This document shows, in pieces, positions 55,762-64,000 of a stretch of 64,000 bases of DNA (positions are counted from its first letter, which is position 1; each line of letters opens with the position of its first letter). The notes beneath the pieces were generated by a model that saw only the letters and a program-made list of their open reading frames with translations, made no database searches and was not told the DNA's origin. A program made the translations under genes and the position numbers. Origin of the DNA: an uncultured virus (IMG/VR IMGVR_UViG_3300027798_000023) (lineage: Duplodnaviria > Heunggongvirae > Uroviricota > Caudoviricetes); IMG/VR virus record IMGVR_UViG_3300027798_000023. One strand, given 5' to 3'.

Positions 55762-56226
55762 ATGACAACCAAACCAACACCAAAGAAACTGACCAAAGCC
55801 GCCGCTCTCATCGCCGCGTCCGTAGACTATAAAAAATATGCACGCTCTGAAAAATACGCATGCGAACCGCTACGCATTGCCGAACGCTTAACGGAGTTTT
55901 GCAAAGCCACCGCCGAGGGGCGCATGTTTTGCATCATCCACAGCGTTTCCAGTTCCGGCATGACTCGCAACATGTCTTTTTATGAAACCGCCAAACTAAA
56001 CCACCCAATGATTGACGGGCGGAAATACTGCCAGCTAAATTTTTGGAGCTTATTTAAAGCCCTCGGATACCGTGAAGCAAAAGGTGACGGCTTCGCAATC
56101 GGCGGATGCGGGATGGATATGGTTTTCGCTACCCATTACAACATCATCCACAGCGCGGCGCGTTTTGGCATTATCACTAAAGAGCAATGCGCCAAGCTCT
56201 CACAAATGACCCCGCCTCATTTCTAA
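55762..56226 (+). CDS. early hypothetical protein (VSSSGM.R / GCGMDM.F family)
   Basis: Leader repeat; conserved-looking motifs. Confidence 0.75.
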   Translation: MTTKPTPKKLTKAAALIAASVDYKKYARSEKYACEPLRIAERLTEFCKATAEGRMFCIIHSVSSSGMTRNMSFYETAKLNHPMIDGRKYCQLNFWSLFKALGYREAKGDGFAIGGCGMDMVFATHYNIIHSAARFGIITKEQCAKLSQMTPPHF

Positions 56227-56238
56227 CCCACCCACAAA

Positions 56239-56295
56239 CCGCCTGACGAGTTCCCAGCTTACGGAACGAAACGCCGCACGGCGTCGCGGATAAGC
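56239..56295 (+). ncRNA. type I hammerhead ribozyme
   Basis: CCGC-CUGACGA-GUUCC[CAGCUUAC]GGAAC-GAAA-CGCC[GCAC]GGCG-UC-GCGG-AUAAGC; complete core; predicted cleavage after C56285. Confidence 0.93.
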
Positions 56296-56310
56296 AAACC
56301 ACCCGCAAAC

Positions 56311-56679
56311 ATGACAACCAACACCCCACAACCCCAGACCATGACAACCACCCCAACACCGGAGACCTTAGAAGAACTCTACAACCACCCCGACTTTCAA
56401 CCCTTCGGGAGCACCTCAGACGACTGGCTAAACGACGGCGAACGCATGGAGCGTTGCCAAGAAGCCGCCGAGCATGGCGCGGATGGGTCAACCCATTATG
56501 AAGTCATCCAAGACTGGCGGGATTTTCTCTCCAACCTATTCAGAGACCTGCGACGCCATGCCGAGACCGACGAGGAAGAGGCGAACATTGAACAACTTGA
56601 AAGCCAAATCTCCGGAGAGATTGACGCCTGCGAAGCCCACCACGAACAAGCCGGAACTTTACACGCAAGCCGTGCATAG
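56311..56679 (+). CDS. early acidic hypothetical protein
   Basis: Two in-frame starts (56311, 56341) from a duplicated leader. Confidence 0.7.
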   Translation: MTTNTPQPQTMTTTPTPETLEELYNHPDFQPFGSTSDDWLNDGERMERCQEAAEHGADGSTHYEVIQDWRDFLSNLFRDLRRHAETDEEEANIEQLESQISGEIDACEAHHEQAGTLHASRA

Positions 56680-56708
56680 ACCAACCAACCACCCCACAAC
56701 CCGCAAAC

Positions 56709-57176
56709 ATGACAACCACCCCACAACCCCAGACCATGACAACCACCCCACAACCCGCAAACATGACAACCACCCGCGCCCGCACCGTGCCCGTGCTATC
56801 TTATGAAAACCCTACCGCCGGAAGCGTGAAAGCCACCCGCAAGGAACTTCACAGGCTAGGCGTCACAGATGCCGAGATTGACGCCGGAGAGAAGCGTTTT
56901 GACATAGAAACACGCGGCGCATGGGGCGTATGCAGCAAACTACGCGCAGTTGTTAAAACCGGAGAGTTTGGAGAATATAGCCGCATGCTTTGGAGTCAAT
57001 TCTATTCAATGCGAACCATGAGCAAGCCAAACCAAACCGGAACTTGCATCGAGGGATACGTCAGTATCAGAGGGAAAAAATCCACCTGCTTCACCTCGTC
57101 CCAGTTGTTTGAATTACCCTGCGGCAAACTCGTAGACGTCGCGGTGATATTCTCACGTTCAAAGATCAAACGATAA
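56709..57176 (+). CDS. early hypothetical protein
   Basis: Three in-frame starts from a triplicated 27-bp leader unit. Confidence 0.7.
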   Translation: MTTTPQPQTMTTTPQPANMTTTRARTVPVLSYENPTAGSVKATRKELHRLGVTDAEIDAGEKRFDIETRGAWGVCSKLRAVVKTGEFGEYSRMLWSQFYSMRTMSKPNQTGTCIEGYVSIRGKKSTCFTSSQLFELPCGKLVDVAVIFSRSKIKR

Positions 57177-57226
57177 ACCAACCAACCAACCAACCAACCA
57201 ACCAACCAACCAACCACCCCAAAAAC

Positions 57227-58000
57227 ATGTATTCCGAAACCTTAGAACTAACTCGCGGCTATGTCGCGACCATTGCCAACGACGACAGCCCCGAAAATCC
57301 TTTCGACGCGTGGGACTGCCAACCTCCGATTGCCGTCCTCAACTGGGAACGCTACCACGCAAAACTGGAGAACTACAAAGGCGACGAACTAACCTTGCAC
57401 AATCTCCTTTCATACATCCCGACCGAGAAATGGACAAGCCGCGCAGGAAAGCGCGAGATTCTTGCCGCCCTACCTTTCCCGATGGAGGAAATCCGCGAAG
57501 AAATGCGCTGGGGAACATACAGCCCTTGCTTTAAAGACGCCATTGACTCGCTAGTCTATTCCCTTGCGCCTTCCGACTGGTCTGAATGGATTGAATACTT
57601 CGACGCCATGCAAGCCCTTGCCGCCATTGCCGGAATCCCTTGCCACCTCACCCAATCCAATGGATACAGCCAAGGAGACAGCGCGTTGGTCTTTACTGCC
57701 GCCCTTCCCGAATGGGTTGAGAGCATGAAGATTGACGCCGAACGCGCCAAGGGGATTTGTGAATCCGCCGCCGACCTGTGGAGCGCGTGGGCGTGGGGCG
57801 ACGTTTACGGAGTTTCCGAAATCATTTCACCCGATGGCGAGGAGGTTGACGACGCATCTTGCTGGGGATTCTACGGAGACCACAAGACAAGCGGACTGAT
57901 GGAGCATTGCGAGAGCGCGATAAACCATCATATCAAATACCTAGCCAAGGAGGCACAGGAATCGCACGCCGCCGCCTGCATGGACATAGCCACCGTATAA
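57227..58000 (+). CDS. early hypothetical protein (W..GDVYG / SCWGFYG family)
   Basis: (AACC)n leader; motifs recurrent in phage early proteins. Confidence 0.75.
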   Translation: MYSETLELTRGYVATIANDDSPENPFDAWDCQPPIAVLNWERYHAKLENYKGDELTLHNLLSYIPTEKWTSRAGKREILAALPFPMEEIREEMRWGTYSPCFKDAIDSLVYSLAPSDWSEWIEYFDAMQALAAIAGIPCHLTQSNGYSQGDSALVFTAALPEWVESMKIDAERAKGICESAADLWSAWAWGDVYGVSEIISPDGEEVDDASCWGFYGDHKTSGLMEHCESAINHHIKYLAKEAQESHAAACMDIATV

Positions 58001-58030
58001 CGGACGCGCAATCCGCCCGCCATTGAATCA

Positions 58031-58059
58031 CCTCACCGGAAAGATCCGGTGGGGTTTTT
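58031..58059 (+). terminator. intrinsic terminator in early region
   Basis: CCTCACCGGA-AAGA-TCCGGTGGGG-TTTTT. Confidence 0.85.
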
Positions 58060-58096
58060 GGGGCAAAAGGCAACGCCTTGAAACTACCAACCAACC

Positions 58097-58288
58097 ATGA
58101 CAACCAACACCCCACAACCCGTAAGCCTCCAACATATAGCGTTACTCGAAAGCACCATTGATACCGTTGCTTGTGAACTGCTCGATCATTTAACTCCCGA
58201 AACTGCTTCTTTGTGGGCAGCATTCAGCGATGCGATGCAAGCAGACCTTAAAGCAAAATTCGGAGACGACGTATTTTTAAACTTCTAA
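58097..58288 (+). CDS. hypothetical protein
   Basis: MTTNTPQP leader-derived N-terminus. Confidence 0.6.
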   Translation: MTTNTPQPVSLQHIALLESTIDTVACELLDHLTPETASLWAAFSDAMQADLKAKFGDDVFLNF

Positions 58289-58292
58289 TACC

Positions 58293-59018
58293 ATGAAAAC
58301 CAACCGACCAACCATGACAACCAACACCCCACAACCCGCAAACATGACAACCATCGAAACATATTGCCCCGTATTCACCGGATTCTATAACACCATCTGG
58401 GATGAATCAGATAATGTTATGCAATACGAATTGGACGACGAAGAAAATTTCCGAGAGAACTACCCAGAGCTTGCCATTGTCCCGTGGGAGTTCATTACAG
58501 ACAACGCATTGGACACGGTAGACTACCAAGCCGGAAGCCAAAGCGTTGCCGAACACGTCGCGGGAAACTTCGCATCATTCATTAAAAAGACCTTACAGAA
58601 AAAGTATTCCGACATGGTAAGCGATTCCCGTTACCAGAAACTTGTATCGCCACGGGAATACAATTTCAGAAACGACGCGATTGACATTCAGATTGATATA
58701 AACCTTGACCTATTGAGGGAATACCTATCCGAGAATCACGATGAGTTTGAAGACTATCTTTCACGCACTTATACATCGCGGAGCGGGTTTGCCTCGCACT
58801 ACCCTAACGACGTCGAGAGTTGGCGCGAAGATACCGAGAACTTCACCGAGCTTGACGGGCACTACCTAGGCTCAATCCTGCAGTTCATCGCGGAGAATGA
58901 AGACAGCGACTGCGAGCTTTCATTCTACCATCATTGCAACACCTTTGAGGAATACATGAACGCCGCATACATCCAAGGCGACAAACTGCTGCAAAAATGG
59001 ACGGATGCAAACGAGTAA
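58293..59018 (+). CDS. acidic hypothetical protein (F.GFY / SPREYNF..D family)
   Basis: Three in-frame starts; very acidic. Confidence 0.75.
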   Translation: MKTNRPTMTTNTPQPANMTTIETYCPVFTGFYNTIWDESDNVMQYELDDEENFRENYPELAIVPWEFITDNALDTVDYQAGSQSVAEHVAGNFASFIKKTLQKKYSDMVSDSRYQKLVSPREYNFRNDAIDIQIDINLDLLREYLSENHDEFEDYLSRTYTSRSGFASHYPNDVESWREDTENFTELDGHYLGSILQFIAENEDSDCELSFYHHCNTFEEYMNAAYIQGDKLLQKWTDANE

Positions 59019-59070
59019 TCCGCCCGCCGACATACACCCTTACCTGTAACCAACAAACCAATAGAATAAC

Positions 59071-59337
59071 ATGACTATAAAAGAACTAATCAAACATTTG
59101 GAAACGTATAAGCCCGACGAGATCATTGCCTACGACCTATGGTCGGTCGATGACGTGATGGAGGAGGGCAACCACCATGATGACTATCCTGAAGTAACTC
59201 AGGAACAAGCAGAGGAAGTCCTGCTCCGCATGGGTCATAACAAGGACTGCAACGTCGGATTAAATTGGGACTACATGAACTACCACTTGGACAACGTCAT
59301 GTATGAAGCCGAACAGAAAGGAGGAAACGATGAGTGA
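59071..59337 (+). CDS. hypothetical protein
   Basis: MTIKELI..L; EQAEEVL...D...G.NWD. Confidence 0.7.
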   Translation: MTIKELIKHLETYKPDEIIAYDLWSVDDVMEEGNHHDDYPEVTQEQAEEVLLRMGHNKDCNVGLNWDYMNYHLDNVMYEAEQKGGNDE

Positions 59338-59551
59338 CTTACCCCTCATAGAGATTGACATCCGCTGGGACGATGGCGAGGAAGTTTACGGCTTACTTGT
59401 CAGTCAATACGATGGCATTGACGAGGACAACGACGACGCCATTTTCTTCTACGGATTATCGTGGCAGGAAGCCCAAGACTGCGTCAAAGCCAAGACAAGT
59501 CTGCTAGGCTCTGAGTTTACTATCCTTGCCGCCAGATTGATTGAACCATGA
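59330..59551 (+). CDS. hypothetical protein (DD.IFFYG motif)
   Basis: AAGGAGG before ATG 59330. Confidence 0.7.
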   Translation: MSDLPLIEIDIRWDDGEEVYGLLVSQYDGIDEDNDDAIFFYGLSWQEAQDCVKAKTSLLGSEFTILAARLIEP

Positions 59552-59760
59552 ACCCTGCAACCATGAGTATAAACGAAACAATCGAACGATTCCGTCAAAC
59601 CGCCCTGCGTAGTCTTGACGCTGTCAAACATTGCGACATGAAACCCCATGAGAAAGAAGTGGATACCCGCCTTCGCAACACCATCCCAGCCGACTGGTCG
59701 GTGCAGGATATGAGCATCATCATCAATACCGACAAACGTATCAATCACCCCAAACCATAA
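59548..59760 (+). CDS. hypothetical protein
   Basis: ATGA overlap. Confidence 0.55.
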   Translation: MNPATMSINETIERFRQTALRSLDAVKHCDMKPHEKEVDTRLRNTIPADWSVQDMSIIINTDKRINHPKP

Positions 59761-59773
59761 ACAAAAATACAAT

Positions 59774-59941
59774 ATGAACACCGATATGCAAACCAACCGA
59801 AACCAAGGGCAACCTATGAGTAAGAACAAACGCCGCCGGAAAATACTAAAGACCATCGTTTTTATTATCGACAATCTCAGCATCGGATTCTTGTGGGCAG
59901 CCGCATTGACCATGCTTGCCTACGCAATCCTAAGCCACTAA
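59774..59941 (+). CDS. small membrane protein
   Basis: Manual translation; basic stretch followed by a hydrophobic helix. Confidence 0.5.
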   Translation: MNTDMQTNRNQGQPMSKNKRRRKILKTIVFIIDNLSIGFLWAAALTMLAYAILSH

Positions 59942-59960
59942 CCAACCAACCAACATTACC

Positions 59961-60116
59961 ATGAAAAACTACGAGGCAATCGCCAAAACCAAGACAGGAG
60001 AGTCTGTCTCCATCGCCACTTGCGAAGCTCAATCCATCGAGGAAGCTCGTCGCATTTTGTCCACCTTCCTCTGGGCTACTGACTGCCAAGATGCGCAAGT
60101 CCGCGAGGTATCCTAA
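59961..60116 (+). CDS. 51-aa hypothetical protein
   Basis: (AACC)n leader; MKNYEAIAK...EA.SIEEAR. Confidence 0.6.
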   Translation: MKNYEAIAKTKTGESVSIATCEAQSIEEARRILSTFLWATDCQDAQVREVS

Positions 60117-60135
60117 TATCAAAACCAACATTACC

Positions 60136-60327
60136 ATGAAAATAAACGCACCACTTATTGTATTCGGGAGTGACCCGACCACCACCTATCCACTTCTTAT
60201 GGCAATCGCCCAGAGGCGCATAAGAGAGGAACGCAGGGCTGAACTTGTCCGCAAAGCAAAGGACGCGATAACCGCCCCTTGCAGACTTGCAAAGAATGTG
60301 ATTGCCAAGATCACTTTTTACCTGTAA
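60136..60327 (+). CDS. hypothetical protein
   Basis: Leader AACCAACATTACC-ATG identical to that at 59961. Confidence 0.55.
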   Translation: MKINAPLIVFGSDPTTTYPLLMAIAQRRIREERRAELVRKAKDAITAPCRLAKNVIAKITFYL

Positions 60328-60352
60328 ATAGGTATTGAACACCCGAACACCA

Positions 60353-60568
60353 ATGACTACTACCGAAACCGCCATCAAGCGAATAGCCGATGAGTTGCGT
60401 ATGCTGATAGCTACCGACAACGACGCACCCCGTCACATCGAGGAATACATACAAGACCTTTACCCTAATAACGCGTCCGTTAAAGACATGGAGGAACGCA
60501 TAGAAGAGTTAGAGGAAAAACTAGCCGACGCCCTTTGGGATATTGAACACCTCGCAGACAACACATGA
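60353..60568 (+). CDS. small coiled-coil protein
   Basis: A/C-rich leader. Confidence 0.6.
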   Translation: MTTTETAIKRIADELRMLIATDNDAPRHIEEYIQDLYPNNASVKDMEERIEELEEKLADALWDIEHLADNT

Positions 60569-60645
60569 AGACCCTATACGGCTACTTGATGCTGATAATC
60601 CCCGTATTCGTTTCAATTCTTTACATCTACTTATCCATCAGATGA
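60565..60645 (+). CDS. 26-aa hydrophobic peptide
   Basis: MKTLYGYLMLIIPVFVSILYIYLSIR; ATGA overlaps on both sides. Confidence 0.45.
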   Translation: MKTLYGYLMLIIPVFVSILYIYLSIR

Positions 60646-60986
60646 CTAAGATTGAGTTTGCGATTGAGATGCTTACAAAAATACGCATCTGGGAACAAGC
60701 CGAAGACAAGCGAGTGAGGGATGAAGGTAAAAGATTGAGAAATCGAAACGCCTTCATCCCCACCGAGCTTCAGATCCTGTTTACATTGGCGACAGTAGAC
60801 CCATCCGGCATCCACCCGAAGGACATAACCATCGGACGCCTTGGGTCATTCAGAACGACCAGAGAAACCCTACCCTTTGATCGCCTTGAGGAGCTTGGCT
60901 ACATACGCAAACAACGCTTTGGAAAAATATACAGATACTTCATTACCGATATGGGAATGAGATTCGTAAACACCGTAATAAGATGA
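60642..60986 (+). CDS. winged-helix (MarR-like) protein
   Basis: TELQILF.L...RLEELGYI.K......Y.IT..G. Confidence 0.65.
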   Translation: MTKIEFAIEMLTKIRIWEQAEDKRVRDEGKRLRNRNAFIPTELQILFTLATVDPSGIHPKDITIGRLGSFRTTRETLPFDRLEELGYIRKQRFGKIYRYFITDMGMRFVNTVIR

Positions 60987-61357
60987 TAGAACTATACAAA
61001 AACAACCGCAAAGACAGTGGACTATCCTTCCGCCGTGGAGAGTTCTCAGTCAGATACAAAGAGGATGGCAAACAAGTGTATGTCAGACTCAACACCACCG
61101 ACAGAAACCTCGCCAGAAGAATGCGAGATCAGATATATGTCGAGCTAATCAAAGAGGGTGCTACTACACCCGAACGAAACAAAGGTCGTCCGGTGATCTT
61201 ACCAAAAGGAATGACCGAGGAGATGCTTCCCGAATGGGTGTATTACCGGAAGCCTTGGCAGGCAAGGGTCAATAGCAAAATCATCGGCAACTACCATACC
61301 ATCGAGGAGGCTACATCCGCCCGTAACGAATACCTTAAAAACAAACCCATTAAATGA
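60983..61357 (+). CDS. AP2-like DNA-binding protein
   Basis: WQARV...IGNY.TIEEA..ARN; second beta3-alpha module at the N-terminus. Confidence 0.6.
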   Translation: MIELYKNNRKDSGLSFRRGEFSVRYKEDGKQVYVRLNTTDRNLARRMRDQIYVELIKEGATTPERNKGRPVILPKGMTEEMLPEWVYYRKPWQARVNSKIIGNYHTIEEATSARNEYLKNKPIK

Positions 61358-61986
61358 GAAACGTAAACTGCCCTAGAACAAAAGTGTTTGTGCGGTGCGA
61401 TGCCTTTGGCGGTTCAGCCGAATGCTATGAACCCGCGTGGCTTATATCCGTGCGAGCCATGCGCGGTCGTCCGTTTTGTTTTCAAGTATGGGTTGATAAA
61501 TACGCCGCTTGCTTCGACAAGATCCCACCGCATTGCATCTATTGGTTTGAACCAAGCGGCAAAGAAAAGCCATTGCCTCTTCATATCGTGCAGATGTGGG
61601 AGTGCCTATCTGGATCAATCGAGGTATGGCGGAAAGACCAACTCAGCAATGCCCCTGTGCTGATAAACCTTGGCAACGGGATGAAGCCAATGAACGGGCA
61701 CTACTGGTTTACTATTGACTTTATACCGGAAGGGCAGGCGCACGGCATCTTTGACGTTGGCGAGGCGGAGCTACTTGAAGAACACAAGGAAGGTAACGTA
61801 ATCAAGCTCTCTAACGGACAGATCGTTATTTATCCGAATAACAGGTTAAAGTGGTTACCGCCGTCACTTACAAATGACAACGCCGCCGCCATGATTCCGG
61901 ACTGGGAGGTTGCATCCAACAGCCAATGGGACAAATGGGGATGTGACTCCGGCGAAACCCTTGGAGATTCAAAGTGGGCATACTAA
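61354..61986 (+). CDS. conserved phage protein of unknown function
   Basis: 210 aa; Q.WEC.S, Y.FTID, EHK, NGQ...YPNNR. Confidence 0.75.
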   Translation: MRNVNCPRTKVFVRCDAFGGSAECYEPAWLISVRAMRGRPFCFQVWVDKYAACFDKIPPHCIYWFEPSGKEKPLPLHIVQMWECLSGSIEVWRKDQLSNAPVLINLGNGMKPMNGHYWFTIDFIPEGQAHGIFDVGEAELLEEHKEGNVIKLSNGQIVIYPNNRLKWLPPSLTNDNAAAMIPDWEVASNSQWDKWGCDSGETLGDSKWAY

Positions 61987-62010
61987 GCATACGATTAAAC
62001 ACAAAAAATA

Positions 62011-62304
62011 ATGAAAACCAATACACCTGAAACAGAACAACAAGATCAATACAACGACATCTTTGATGAAGATATGATTACAATGGATGGCTACGACGAC
62101 TGCATCGTCGGGGTAGTCGAACAGTTTGGTCGCCCGCCCATCGCTTGCTACGACAAAGATAAAGTTCTAGCAAAACTGGACAAGGACGGGATGACCTACG
62201 ACGAAGCACTTGAGTTCTGGGAGTTTAACCAGATCGGAGCTTGGCTTGGAGAAAGCACGCCATGCTTCTTAACCTTTATCAATTTAAACAACGACCATGA
62301 ATAA
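62011..62304 (+). CDS. conserved phage protein (DG.D.CI.G / EA.E..FN..GA..G..TP)
   Basis: Recognisable widespread small phage family. Confidence 0.75.
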   Translation: MKTNTPETEQQDQYNDIFDEDMITMDGYDDCIVGVVEQFGRPPIACYDKDKVLAKLDKDGMTYDEALEFWEFNQIGAWLGESTPCFLTFINLNNDHE

Positions 62305-62605
62305 ATTTTACCCCATTTGGATATGTTTACCTTGCGGAAATCGACACGGACACAAGCGATGTGGCGTAGCAACGTGGCATGAAAACACCTGCGACATCTG
62401 TGCAGAAGTAACTATGGTCACCGAGCCGAGGGACTTTGGTCACCTTAAAGATACTTGGCTGCAGGCATACGCTCAGCGAACAGCAATCAACGCTTACATA
62501 AACGATGTGCCAGCGAATGCAGAAACACCCACAGATAGTCCCAATTTAAATACGATAACACATGAACAAGAAAGAACGAATCGAAAAATGGACAGCCAAG
62601 ATTGA
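62297..62605 (+). CDS. Zn-finger-like protein
   Basis: C..CG...ATWH...C..C.....TEPRDFG. Confidence 0.7.
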   Translation: MNKFYPIWICLPCGNRHGHKRCGVATWHENTCDICAEVTMVTEPRDFGHLKDTWLQAYAQRTAINAYINDVPANAETPTDSPNLNTITHEQERTNRKMDSQD

Positions 62606-62909
62606 TAAGATCGTAGGCGCGTATAAGAAACTAAGCGCAGCTTGCGATGAATCGCACAAGGCTGGTTGCTTGGATGTAGACGGAAAACTATTCACGGCAA
62701 TATGGGTATCATTTGATACGCTTATGGATCACATCGACCAACAAGAATGGTTGGAGTGGTATATCTACGACAACGATTGCGGGGCAGAAAAGATGAGGGC
62801 AGGCTTTGGTGACGTGGTGAATCCGATTAAGAACAGCCGTGACCTAGCCAAGTTGATTGTAGAGGACGAGGATCAGGATGACCAACAAACCATATCACAT
62901 GACCGATAA
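62562..62909 (+). CDS. hypothetical protein (WL.WYIY.ND.G motif)
   Basis: Operon packing. Confidence 0.7.
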   Translation: MNKKERIEKWTAKIDKIVGAYKKLSAACDESHKAGCLDVDGKLFTAIWVSFDTLMDHIDQQEWLEWYIYDNDCGAEKMRAGFGDVVNPIKNSRDLAKLIVEDEDQDDQQTISHDR

Positions 62910-62912
62910 ATT

Positions 62913-63440
62913 ATGAACGAAAGACACATGAAAATCATGGTTCCATACGAGGAGCCTATGGACACCTGCCCAGATTGCAGCGACATCCCTTGTGATTGTG
63001 GGCTGCCTGCTGGGTATCAATCCGATATACGCTTTGCAGCAAACTTTGCACCGCATATTAAAGTTGTGGAAGCAAGTAAAGTTGCAGAGATAATTCAGCA
63101 GCGAGACGATTTGTTACGATACAACGAAGCATTTCGACAAGAAGCGTTGATCTGCGCTAATTGCGATGCGATCAGTAAAGAGGAATATGATCGAGCGATA
63201 GAGCAGCGGGACGGATTACGATCAGCAGTCGATTACGCAAGCGATCAACTAATCAGAATCACCGAGCAGTTGGACAGGCTGGTCGAGGCACTTGAACACA
63301 CCATGAAACACATGAGGCATAGTCTCAACTGCCCAGCTAGAATTTCAGAGGAACTCCATGCGTGTAATTGCCAAATGGAATGGGCGTATGATAACGCAAC
63401 CGAAGCACTCCAATCCCTAAACCAACCAACACAATGGTAA
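62913..63440 (+). CDS. mosaic coiled-coil protein, EQRD/TEALQSLNQ family
   Basis: Shares 28-bp and 17-bp identical blocks with ORF 177. Confidence 0.7.
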   Translation: MNERHMKIMVPYEEPMDTCPDCSDIPCDCGLPAGYQSDIRFAANFAPHIKVVEASKVAEIIQQRDDLLRYNEAFRQEALICANCDAISKEEYDRAIEQRDGLRSAVDYASDQLIRITEQLDRLVEALEHTMKHMRHSLNCPARISEELHACNCQMEWAYDNATEALQSLNQPTQW

Positions 63441-63691
63441 TACCAACAATGGAATCAGAACTAAGGACGACACTAATGCAGTTGTCAGAAACCAGACTAG
63501 AACTCGCGGCAATCACAGAGCAGCGGGACAGCCTTGCTGATCTCGTAAAGCAATTTATATACATCCTAGACATCACCGAAGAAAGCGATGGAGGAAGATT
63601 GTTCCATCCTACCAACATCACAAGTTGTAGGGCAGGCGATCTCCAGAAAATTGGAGAGCTTGTCGAAGCATTAAGAAGAGCGAGTAGATAA
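63434..63691 (+). CDS. small coiled-coil protein, EQRD family
   Basis: AITEQRDSLA block. Confidence 0.65.
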   Translation: MVIPTMESELRTTLMQLSETRLELAAITEQRDSLADLVKQFIYILDITEESDGGRLFHPTNITSCRAGDLQKIGELVEALRRASR

Positions 63692-63706
63692 CCAACCAAC
63701 CGAACA

Positions 63707-64000
63707 ATGAACGACACACCGACACCGAGGACTGATGCAGCACTTAGATACTGCAAAACACGCAACGAATCTGGTAGGGAGGATATGGCAGGATACAGCG
63801 TTTTAGGAATACAAAAGATTATCGTTGAGTCTAAAAATCTAGAATGCGAACTAACCGCAGCACGGGAGGATGCGCGGTGGCTGGAGTCGATCATGGTGAG
63901 GCTCTACAATCAAGGGTATCACGCTGGGCATGAAGACACCGTGGAAGCCTGCTTCACGCCGATCCATCACACGGACATGGACGCATACCATGCCGACGTA
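63707..64000 (+). CDS. TPRTDA-family small protein (truncated by window edge)
   Basis: MNDTPTPRTDAA...LECELTAARE; (AACC)n leader. Confidence 0.65.
   Translation, partial: MNDTPTPRTDAALRYCKTRNESGREDMAGYSVLGIQKIIVESKNLECELTAAREDARWLESIMVRLYNQGYHAGHEDTVEACFTPIHHTDMDAYHADV

Larger units (their letters stand above)
53960..58350 (+). repeat. dispersed A/C-rich leader repeats (CCCCACAACCCCAGACC-ATG, (CAACACCC)n, (AACC)n, CCCGCAAAC-ATGACAACC) before most early genes
   Basis: Copies before ATGs at 53986, 54215, 54633, 54875, 55199, 55494, 55762, 56311/56341, 56709/56736/56763, 57227, 58097, 58314/58344. Confidence 0.9.

Noticed and set aside
1..64000. Stop-codon recoding, introns or inteins in core genes
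   Set aside because: Genes are intact in the standard code, and PolA, TerL and the helicases have ordinary lengths.

Overview
The window is most of a tailed dsDNA bacteriophage genome, probably podovirus-like and cut within the early region, since both ends carry the same small-gene family. The host is uncertain; SD-less A/C-rich leaders suggest a Verrucomicrobia-like host, but this is inference only. Layout: small early/middle genes and a metallophosphoesterase (1-3 kb); a 5156-aa polyvalent virion protein (3.1-18.6 kb); an APSE-type replication module of primase-helicase, DUF2800 nuclease, DUF2815 SSB, PolA, VRR-NUC and SNF2 helicase (18.7-28.9 kb); minus-strand lysis, tail, capsid, scaffold and portal genes with a divergent TerL (28.9-50.7 kb); a non-coding control region with two tandem-repeat arrays and a dif-like site (52.0-53.7 kb); and an early cassette array whose genes share A/C-only leaders (53.7-64 kb). 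Highlights: (1) two small promoter-hairpin-seed-terminator units in the late region whose unpaired seeds are antisense to the stereotyped start-codon context of the early genes; (2) a complete type I hammerhead ribozyme between two early genes; (3) a recurrent [VI][RK][FY]QP motif punctuating the effector domains of the giant protein, suggesting polyprotein processing or domain swapping; (4) a dif-like XerCD site with no integrase visible; (5) pseudoknotted leaders before the SSB and capsid genes. All family assignments come from motif recognition by eye, not database searches.
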